A stretch of 64,000 nt of DNA from positions 91,636,001 through 91,700,000 of the forward strand of contig OZ024746.1 in the NCBI GenBank assembly GCA_964016885.1. Direction: 5' to 3'. The DNA is from Eledone cirrhosa. Taxonomy: Eukaryota. The notes under the pieces are model-generated. The model was given only the letters and a program-made list of their open reading frames with translations, was not told where the DNA came from and ran no database searches. Below are positions 53,216 through 64,000 of the stretch, one piece after another. Position 1 is the stretch's first letter, and the number at the start of each line of letters is the position of its first letter. A program made the translations under genes and the position numbers.

Positions 53216-53828
53216 AATGTTACTTTAATACAAGTCCAGTGTGTGTGTACATGGTCAGCTATTTTTCTAGCTATAAACAAAATCCTTTGTATACACGCAT
53301 GGCATACACAAACAGATGTATCATAATTAAATATTTAAAACAAATATTAATTTTACTAAAATAACATAGGTGTGTAATATATGCATTAACACAGGTTTCT
53401 ACACATTTTAAAATATAATTTTATCATCTTATTAGCGATGAAGGTGTGTAGGCGACTATTGACGTGTGTTGTTGTTATTTAACCCTAAGTCAACCCTGAG
53501 ATAAAGTAAACTTGAGATCAATATTTTATTTAACGAGTCCTTCCCCTTTTTTAAGACGGTGAGATATGATTAAGGAAGATTTGACTGCTATTTATTGCAG
53601 GTCTAGCCACTACGTAGAGTATTCCCTCTCTACATGTGCGATTACTTTCTTCGTTTTGTTGACGACATGAGTAGAATCAAAACCAAATTTTTGCTTTCCC
53701 TCTCAATATAATCAACCACTAGATATATAGATATATATTTTACATTATGACGGGGCCCTTAAATCGTTGTGGTGTCAGAGAGGTGTTGTCGTAAACTACT
53801 GCGTGTCTTATTTCACTGCATCTTTACC

Positions 53829-54002
53829 AGTGCTCGATTAACCTAGGAGTAAAAGTAACAATTGCTACGGGCTCCGCATTTTCAGGGGCCCATGCTCAGT
53901 GCTATATAAGTACTATACCACCTTTAACTCTCATGTCACATTTTAAACAAGGTCGTTTTATAATATATGTTACAGACCCCGTAGTAACCTAATTTGGCAC
54001 TG
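53829..54002. mobile_element. hAT-like MITE
   Basis: TIRs CAGTGCTCGATTA / TAATTTGGCACTG; imperfect 8-bp target duplication ATCTTTAC/ATTTCTAC. Confidence 0.55.
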
Positions 54003-54911
54003 ATTTCTACATTAAGTACCACTGTCTTCGAGTGAACTGGTGATGGTCTCTACCGGCAAGAATGTGTTTATATTAGAAGGTCGATATGTCCTTACTGAAA
54101 GACTTCTCTGCGAGCAAGAAGATCCAAAGCGTTAGATTCTTCACGGTAAAAGAACTTAGTACATTTATGACCATAGAATACACTGCATTTAATAACCCCT
54201 CCCAATCAGTGAGGTTCTTCCTCGTATAAACCAGCTTACTGTCAGATGATATAGATAGTAAGGAAAGGCTGTATTAATCATTAAATAAAATATACACATT
54301 CTTAGGGCACCATGGGGCACCGTTTTATTTAAATTAAATGTATTTGTCATTAGTAAAATATATTTATTTTTGCAGACTTTGAATACAGGGAGGGTGGGGA
54401 GCACAATAATCTTTTAAGTGCTAGAAAATTCTAGAGATTTCAACAGAAAGTTGTTGTTTTTGTTACTATTAAAGTAAATGTATTCCACATGGCATCACCA
54501 TAAACTTAAAGGTCAATCGGCCTCGTAGTCCCGGCGGACAGGGTGGAAGAAGGCATTGCCCCGGAGGATGGCGAAGGAGACACGCTGGAAGAGTCACTCC
54601 ACCTCGACAGCAGTGAGTAGAGATGTGGCCAGGGGGGTCAAGAACGCTGGAAGTCTCAGAGCCGCAAAAGAATTTGATCCGGCCCTTTAGGTGGTAAGGG
54701 TTCGGACAATATGATTTAATGATTTGGGAACTTCAGAAATTCTTGAAATATTGTCCTGTAACTCGCGAGGTTGTAGGAGCGTCGTATTGACATGCGGCGG
54801 CGTGTTTAGGGCATTTTGAAAACCTAGAGCCCATCTCTCCAGGTCTGAATACAACAGATTATTTTCCTCCAGAGAGGGATAGAGAGAGTGAGAAAGAGAT
54901 ATAGAGGAAGA

Positions 54912-57571
54912 ATTGACCTCAGTACTAGACAGGTACTTTTTTTTAAAGACATCGAATGAATGAAAGGCAAAGTTGACTTCGCTGGAATTTGAACTCAGAG
55001 AGCCAAAAGAAATACAGGATATCATTCTATCCGACGTTCTAACGACTCTGCCAATTCGCCAACATATCAATCAAATAAAGAACTAGTTACTTTGCTGTTT
55101 TTTTGTCAGTCGTGATCGATCAAATCTATGATGAAAAGTGTAACGACTATAACTATACCAAGTGTTCGTACTTGTAGAGACGTTTTTATTTAAGACGGTA
55201 GAATGTTGAGTTAAATTTTCGCTGCTATTCGAGCGGTCGAATGGAGGTTCCTCATATAAAGAATACATGTTTACGAGTTTATTGAAAATACCTTCCTGCT
55301 TTACAAAAAGTGGTTTTGTGTCTGTGGACAACAGCTATAGTATATATATAGCTAGTTTCATACATCACACATTCATATTAAATTCATTTTAAGTCTTACA
55401 TTTTATAGTGATATATGAAATCCCTCCGAGGTTAACTTTGCCTTTCATCCTTACGGGGTCGATAAAATAAAGTTCCAGTAATACACTGAGTTATTTGCTG
55501 GCCTTGTGCCAAAAGTAGAAACAATTATATGAAATGTGTGTGGTGGTGTTTGGGTTCGGATGGTCTCAAGGGCATTATTAGCTCACTAATGAGGGAAAAG
55601 AATTGTCTTGACCCAACGATCAATACTGGTTCACAAAGGCACTTCTATGTGACCACTTGAGCTGCTAGAAATAGCAGCTAAATTACCCCGCCCCCCTCCC
55701 ACGCACACACACCACCACCAATATCTTTAAAAATAATTGTTTCTACTTTTGGCACAAGGCCAGCAATTATCTCAGTGCATTACTGGTACTTTATTTTATC
55801 GACCCCCGTAAGGATGAAAGGCAAAGTTAACCTCGGCGGGATTTGAACTCAGATCATAAAGGGAGGTAACTCTATTCTGGAAAGCATGGCATCCGACCCT
55901 CTACCGATACTGCCAATGAAGGGCATATTAGAACGTGGCCACTTGAGCTGCTAGAAATAGCAGCGAAATTACCAAATTCCCCTCTCCACAATATCCTTTA
56001 GAATAAAGGGCATATTGGACAACCTTGTCATGGATATTAAAATTTACAAGATGGTTTGTCATGGATATTAAAATTTACAAGATGGTTTGTCATGAATATT
56101 AAAATTTACAAGATGGTTTGTCATGGATATTAAAATTTACAAGATGGTTTGTCATGGATATTAAAATTTACAAGATGGTTTGTCATGAATATTAAAATTT
56201 ACAAGATGGTTTGTCATGGATATTAAAATTTACAAGATGGTTTGTCATGGATATTAAAATTTACAAGATGGTTTGTCATGGATATTAAAATTTACAAGAT
56301 GGTTTGTCATGGATATTAAAATTTACAAGATGGTTTGTCATGGATATTAAAATTTACAAGATGGTTTGTCATGAATATTAAAATTTGCAAGATGGTTGTG
56401 ACTGGATTGCTTTTTATCATAGTTCTCCTCAATGCTAACCTGGGGCTGAAAGTCAATAAAAACAACAATTCAATCACAGAACTGGCTTGACAAATGGATT
56501 GACTCTTAGTCTAAAGCAGTTCATACTATAACAACAATAACAACAATAATTATGGTTTCTACATTAGGCACAAGGCCAGCAATTGTTTGTGGGGAGAGGA
56601 AAGTCGATTAAATCGACCTCAGTGTGTTACTGGTACTTTATTTTATCGACCCTGTAAGGATGAAAGGCAAAGCTAATCTCAGCGAGATTTTAACGCAGAA
56701 CTTAAAGGGACGTAACTCTATGCTGCAAAGCTTGTTGTCCGACGCTCTACCGATTACTGCCAATCCACTGCCCTCACACATTAATCTATATCCTAAGAGG
56801 AGCGCTGTCTGTCTGTCCGTCACGCTGTATATAGAGAGGAAGCGCCGAGATATGTACACAGATAGAGAGAAAAGGATCGTCATTTGTTTATAGAGAGAGA
56901 GTGTGTGTGTAGTAATAATACTTGTTTCTACTTTTGGCACAAGGCCAGCAATTATCCCAGTGCATTACTGGTACTTTATTTTATCGACCCCGTAAGGATG
57001 AAAGGCAAAGTTAACCTCGGCGGGATTTGAACTCAGACCATAAAGGGCCGTAACTCCATGCTGCAAAGTATGGCGTCCGACCCTCTACTGATACTGCCAA
57101 TTCACCGCCCTAGTAATAATAATAATGGTTTCTGATTTAGGCACAAGGCCAGCAATTTGGGGGAAGGGGAAAGTCGATTAAATTGACCCCAGTGCATTAC
57201 TGGTACTTTCTTTTATCGACCACATAAGGATGAAAGGTAAAGCTAACCTCGGCGGGATTTGTTTGAACTCAGAACGTAAAGCGCCGCAACTCCATGCTGT
57301 GAAGCATGGTGTCCGACGCTCTACCGATTCTGCCATTCCATCGCCCTCCACCATGTAATAATAATAATTTCTTTATTCGCCACAAGGGCCGACAATAACA
57401 ATAGTAATAATTGTTTCTACTTTTGGCACAAGGTCAGCAATTACCCAGTGTATTACTGGTACTTTATTTTATCGACCCCGTAAGGATGAAAGGCAAAGTT
57501 AACCTCGGCGGCATTTGAACTCAGAACGGCAAGGGCCGTAACTCTGTGCGTCAAAGCATGGTGTCTGACCC
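54912..57571. mobile_element. Cluster of SINE family A copies: 54912-55062, 55733-55916, 56548-56772, 56913-57110, 57113-57346 and 57403-57571 on minus; 55417-55528 on plus
   Basis: Each carries the family core and most also the B box; the last three lie almost head-to-tail, separated by (AAT)n. Confidence 0.88.
56025..56398. repeat. 31-bp minisatellite, ~12 copies
   Basis: Unit TGTCATGGATATTAAAATTTACAAGATGGTT. Confidence 0.95.
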
Positions 57572-58184
57572 TCAATGTTTATCGATGGTCAACTGAGATA
57601 AGGTAATATACGTATTACTCAACAATATGGCCTACACTGCATGCTGTAGTGTCATTTAATGTAGTGAGTAGAAAAACTTAGATTAACAGAGATTGTTCAT
57701 GCAATTAGAAGACAAAAATTCCCCCTAGGGGTGGTGTTTTAAAAATTTCTCTTATCTTTTGGTTTTAGAATATTAAACAGTCCTAGCGGGAATTTTTGTC
57801 TACTAATTGCAGGGGTAATCTCAGTTAATCACAGTTTTTCAACTCAATATATAAAATAGACATCCATCAGTATCGACGATGGCTGTTCCAGTTGTTTGAT
57901 CAATAAAACAGCCTCCTCTTGAAATGTACGTGTAAGTGGCTGAGCACTCCATAGACATGTGTATCCTTAACGTAATTCTCAGGGAGATTCAGAGTTATAC
58001 AAGTAGAGTCCATATGAAAGGCTTCTGAATAGTTTCCATCTGCCCAAATTAACTGACAAGACATGGTTCAACCTGAAAGTACCATAAATTATATTTACTC
58101 AACATGTCATGCAGTGGAATTGAACTTGAGACCAAATGATTGAAAAGCGAACATGTTAAACATATAACGATGTCATGTCCACAA

Positions 58185-59065
58185 CTTAACACAGTAGAAC
58201 TGGTTTACTACTTAATACAGTAGAACTGTGGTTTACTACTTAATACAGTGGAACTGTGGTTTACTACTTAATACAGTAGAACTGTGGTTTACTACGTAAT
58301 ACAGTAGAACTGGTTTACTACTTAATATAGTAGAACAGTGGTTTACTACTTAATACAGTAGAACTGGTTTACTACTTAATACAGTAGAACTGTGGTTTAC
58401 TACTTAATACAGTAGAACTGGTTTACTACTTAATATAGTGGAACAGTGGTTTACTACTTAATACAATAGAACTGATTTACTACTTAATACAGTAGAACAT
58501 TGGTTTACTACTTAACACATTAGAACTGGTTTACTACTTAATAGAGTAGAACTGTGGTTTACTACTTAATACAGTAGAACTGGTTTACTACTTAATACAG
58601 TAGAACTGGTTTCTTACTTAATGCAGTAAGTAGTAAACCAATGTTTACTACTTAATACAGTAGAACTGTGGTTTACTACTTAATACAGTAGAACTGGTTT
58701 ACTACTTAATACAGTGGAACTGTGGTTTACTACTTAATACAGTGGAACTGTGGTTTACTACTTAATACTGTGGAACTGTGGTTTACTACTTAATACAGTA
58801 GAACTGTGGTTTACTACTTAATACAGTAGAACTGTGGTTTATTACTTAATACAGTAGAACTGGTTTACTACTTAATATAGTAGAACAGTGGTTTACTACT
58901 TAATACAGTAGAACTGGTTTACTACTTAATACAGTAGAACATTGGTTTACTACTTAACACAGTAGAACTGGTTTACTACTTAATACAGTATAACTGTGGT
59001 TTTCTACTTAATACAGTAAAACTGTGTTTTACTACTTAATACACTAGAACCTTGGTTTACTACTC
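58185..59065. repeat. 26/28-bp minisatellite, ~32 copies
   Basis: Unit (TG)TGGTTTACTACTTAATACAGTAGAAC. Confidence 0.95.
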
Positions 59066-59632
59066 AATGAAAGACACTACCTATGTCATTAACCCTTTCA
59101 TTACCATATTTCTACTGAAAGACACTGTCTATGTCTTTAACCCTTTCATTACCATATTTCTACTGAAAGACACTGTCTATGTCATTAACCTTTTCATTAC
59201 CATATTTCTACTGAAAGACACTGTCTATGTCTTTAACCCTTTCATTACCATATTTCTACTGAAAGACACTGTCTATGTCATTAACCCTTTCATTACCATA
59301 TTTCTAATGAAAGACACTGTCTATGTCTTTAACCCTTTAGCATTCACATTACTCTATATATACTATTATATTTTCATGCTAAAGGCTTTACCTTAATTAT
59401 CTCACATCATATCGAATCTATGAGATTTCTAAAGTATTTATTTTGAGAACAATACCTTAACATCAGTATAAGTGGCCAATTACAGCCAGTTTCAACAGAA
59501 TTATGACCGGTTTGAACATTAAAGGGTTAACCCTTTCATTACCATATTTCTAACGAAAGACACTACCTATGTCTTTAACTCTTTCATTACCATATTTCTA
59601 TTGAATGACACTACCTATGTCTTTAACCCTTT
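59066..59632. repeat. 48-bp array of a piggyBac-like MITE terminus, interrupted by another MITE (59329-59530)
   Basis: Unit TTAACCCTTTCATTACCATATTTCTACTGAAAGACACTGTCTATGTC(A/T); the array resumes after a TTAA-flanked insertion. Confidence 0.88.
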
Positions 59633-59919
59633 ATCTGAGTCGCCCCTGGGTGGTTCTCCCCCAGGGTGGCGAATTCTGTTGTTTGTATTTTCATTGTTTA
59701 TTGTTATTGTTGTATTTATTTTACTTGTTTTTTTTTTTGTAACACCCTTTGTCCCTGTCTGGTTGTATTGTCCCCTATTTTAGACACTCGTGATCAATAA
59801 AGAAAGATTTACCTCATGTTTGAAGCCTACCTTCAGAAAGGTTCGTGCATAAAATCATAAGGATTTCTGATTTAGATACAAGGCCAAAAATTTGAGGGAG
59901 GGGGAAGTAGATTAAAGTG

Positions 59920-61405
59920 ATAGAACAGCATGGTAGATAGGGCCATTAGGGCCATTAGAGACAACAGACTAGCATGGAACGCTTGGAGAAATGGTGGGAG
60001 TAGAGAAGGATACACAGCCGCTAAGAGAGAAGCTTGACGTCAGGTGTAGTTAGCATGCATTAGCACGCAGGGAAGCAGAGAATCAGAGGTTGGCCAATGT
60101 TCTGCGACGGCGGTGTGTCAGTGCAAATCCGGATGTTGTTGGAGATAAGTGTGTCCAGAATGATGTTGGTGTACTTAGTGTCACTGATGCTCAGAAAAAG
60201 GAGGCCTGGAAATGTCATTATGAGAGACTGATGAATGTTGAGAATGAATGGGAGGGAGAGAAACTACCAACAAGAGACCCAACAGAGGGACCAGCTATTG
60301 AGATTGACGAATATAGGGTCCAAGAGGCAATTAAGGAAATGAAAACTGTCGGGGATAGTTGCTGAGATGCTGCAGGCATCAGGAGATTTAGGAACTAAAC
60401 TGGTTGTGTGCATCGTCAACCAAGCTATATATGGCGGAGTCATACCCAAAGACTGGTACAAAAGAATCAGTAGAGGAGCTAGAGAATAAATTCTTGCTAT
60501 GGAAACTGAAGAGGACTGAGAGTAAAACCTAGTTAAGACAAAGGTGTTGATAAGTAGGAAAGAGGACCAAACTCTGATTCCGTCAGGGAAACGGCCATGT
60601 TCAATATGTAGGAAAGGAGTTGGCATAAATTCTATAAAATGTACACAGTGCAGATCTTGGGTACACAAGAGATGTTGTGGGATAGCAGGCAAACTAATAG
60701 GTAGGGAAAACTATAGTACAGGGAAATTTGACGGTAAAGGTCACAGTGATAGACACAATTTTCAAATGCGGGTAGGGCCTATAGAGGTGGTTGATAACTT
60801 CCAATACAAAGGTGATCAGATTAGTAAGGGAGGAGAGTGCTCCAAGGCCATAGTTTTCAGAATAAGGACGGGTTGGAAGAAGTTTAGGGAGCTGCTTCCT
60901 CTGCTGACAAAGCAGGGTTTCTCCCTACTAATGAAAGGCCGGTTATATGAGGCCTGACTGAGATGCACAATGCTGCATGGTAGTGAGACATGGGCAGCAA
61001 CTGTGGAGGGTATACGGTGGCTGGAGAGATATGAATGAAGCAAACATGCTTCGTTGGATGTGCAATGTCAATGTGCATGAATGACCCAGTATGGGTGAGT
61101 TGAGAGTGAAACTGTGTATAAGAAGGATAGGCTGTAGTGTGCAAGAGAGAAGACTGCGTTGGTATGGACATGTGATGCCATGGAGGATGACTGCTGGGTA
61201 AAGAGTGCCAAGAAATCCCAGTAGAAGGAAGATGCAGTACAGGAAAACAACGAAAAACATGGGAAGAGGTGGTGAGAGCAGACCTCAGATCACTGAAACT
61301 CACAGAGGAGATGAGAAGGGACTGTGACGAATGGAGGGATGATGTGCTGTAAAGGACCCATCCCACCTTTGGAAGCAGGGAAATGTGAACATAAAATGAT
61401 GATGC
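59920..61405 (+). mobile_element. Old RTE LINE with the RT core deleted
   Basis: AWKCHYERLMNVENEW..IPKDW joins directly to the finger region (CSICRKGVG..WVHKRC); HGSETW, RRLRWYGHV; many stops; GATGAT tail. Confidence 0.85.
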
Positions 61406-61409
61406 TCAT

Positions 61410-61413
61410 CATT

Positions 61414-61485
<72 letters not shown>

Positions 61486-61587
61486 TATGTGTGTGTACAT
61501 ATATATATATGTACATATATATATGTATATATATGTACATATATACATATGTATATATATGTATATATATATATATGTACATATATG

Positions 61588-61618
<31 letters not shown>

Positions 61619-61629
61619 GTACATATATG

Positions 61630-61682
<53 letters not shown>

Positions 61683-62188
61683 GTGTGTACATATACATGT
61701 ACATATATGTATATATATATGTACATATATATATATGTATACATATATACATATATATATATATGTATACATATATACATATGTATATATATATGTACAT
61801 ATATATTATATGTACATATATATATATATGTATATAAATATATATATATATGTACATATATATATATGTACATATATATATGTACATATATATATATGTA
61901 TACATATATACATATATATATATGTATACATATATACATATGTATATATATATGTAGATATATATTATATGTACACATATATATATGTATATAAATATAT
62001 ATATATATATACACATATATATATGTACATATATATATATGTACATATATATATATGTGTATATATATATATGTACATATATATGTATATATATATATAT
62101 GTACATAAGTATATATATGTATATATATATATGTACATATATATATATATGTATATATATGTGTACATGTATATATATATATATATAA
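61410..62188. repeat. TA/TG microsatellite
   Basis: Low complexity. Confidence 0.97.
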
Positions 62189-62333
62189 GGATTAAAATAC
62201 TGGAGTGTGTTGGAGTTAAACACCCTCTTCGTATTATAGAAATGACAGTAAAAGATATAGCTCAATGTAATTAAACAGAGCCGAAGAATTATGAAAATAA
62301 AACAAAGAAGCCTTCAATACATCAAAAGTCTTT

Positions 62334-62378
62334 ATTAGCCAACAATGTTTCGTCCTATTAAGGACTCATCAGGGCAAT
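62334..62378 (-). ncRNA. Type I hammerhead ribozyme in a PLE-type relic (~62190-62870)
   Basis: AUUGCC-CUGAUGA-GUCC UUAAUA GGAC-GAAA-C AUU GUU-GGCUAAU: canonical core and stem II. Confidence 0.8.
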
Positions 62379-62939
62379 CAAAACTACAAGAAGTACTATC
62401 GGCCAATACAAGCCGAAAACTCCGAAGAATATGGAGTGTACATACACTAAAGTATTGGAAGATTATGGGTAAAAATATATAATAAAAATCACTAAGGAGG
62501 TGGATAACATTTTGAACCATATTACAAATATAGTCCAAAGCAAAAAAAACCTAGAGCTAAACAAAGGTGGTTATATAGAGCGGGAATTATATATAATACT
62601 ATATAATATAATATACTTGTAACAATATTAAAATTAAAATTAAAATTAAAAATTAAAATTAAAAGGCACAATATACATACATATATATGTACGCACACGT
62701 ACGCACATATACATATACGTCAATACACATATCCATCATTAACAGCACAAATTAAACCTTATTAAGAGTTTAAATATAAATAAGCATAGTAGGAATAAAA
62801 ATAATAATAATATGTATATCTAATATACATGAAGTAATGAAATGATTAAAAGTAACACATATAATATATAATAAACTATATAATTATATAATATATAATA
62901 TAATATAATAGATAATCTCCGGTTAATTTACACAAACAA

Positions 62940-63120
62940 TATATATGTACATATATATGTACATATATATGTACATATGTATATATATGTATATATATAT
63001 ATGTACATATATATATATATGTATATATATGTGTACATGTATATATATATATATATATGTACATATATATATATACACATATGCATATATATACATATAC
63101 ATATATCTATGTATTTATGT

Positions 63121-63166
<46 letters not shown>

Positions 63167-63205
63167 GAGTTAATAACTCATACTGAAACCCTGTAATTTA
63201 TTACT

Positions 63206-63242
<37 letters not shown>

Positions 63243-63260
63243 CATATATATACATATATA

Positions 63261-63320
<60 letters not shown>

Positions 63321-64000
63321 TATACATACATAGATATACATATGTGCTAGCGTGGAAACATGGACGTTCAACGGTGATGATAATAATATATACATATATA
63401 CATACATACACACACGCACACATACATATCTACACACATACACACACACACACACACACATACATATCTACACACATACATGACCATATATACATATCTA
63501 CACACATACATAATCATATATACATATCTACACACATACACAACCATATATACATATCTACACACATACATAACCATATATACATATCTACACACATACA
63601 CAACCATATATATACATATCTACACACATACATAACCACATATACATATCTACACACATACATGACCATATATACATATCTACACACATACAAGACCATA
63701 TATACATATCTACACACATACATAACCACATATACATATCTACACACATACATAACCATATATACATATCTACACACATACATGACCATATATACATATC
63801 TACACACATACACAACCATATATATACATATCTACACACATACATAACCACATATACATATCTACACACATACATGACCATATATACATATCTACACACA
63901 TACAAGACCATATATACATATCTACACACATACATAACCACATATACATATCTACACACATACATGACCATATATACATATCTACACACATACATGACCA
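62940..64000. repeat. TA/CA microsatellites followed by a 30-32-bp minisatellite (from ~63460 to the window end)
   Basis: Unit TACATATCTACACACATACATGACCATATA. Confidence 0.93.

Overview
AT-rich, repeat-dominated animal genomic DNA. The mix of tRNA-derived SINEs, RTE LINEs with (GAT)n tails, Penelope-like elements (PLEs), TTAA-flanked MITEs and very long TA/CA microsatellites suggests a coleoid cephalopod, probably an octopus (inference). No intact protein-coding gene is recognisable, and almost all long ORFs in the track are repeat artefacts. Real coding relics are one PLE RT-thumb/GIY-YIG fragment and several RTE reverse-transcriptase fragments. Main observations: (1) about ten type I hammerhead-ribozyme motifs in PLE terminal-repeat relics, often as fold-back pairs inside (TA)n tracts; (2) at least six minisatellites born inside identifiable transposons, with unexpanded versions of most units in the same window; (3) a CORE-type SINE sharing its 3' end with the local RTE LINE; (4) a ~600-bp internally deleted RTE derivative with a structured 5' end; (5) a tentative minus-strand host gene (GC-box promoter near 53.1 kb, exon near 52.95 kb, exon near 29 kb) that might encode a 54-aa hydrophobic uORF peptide ahead of a second ORF. 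Coordinates were read by eye; boundaries of degenerate repeats are approximate.
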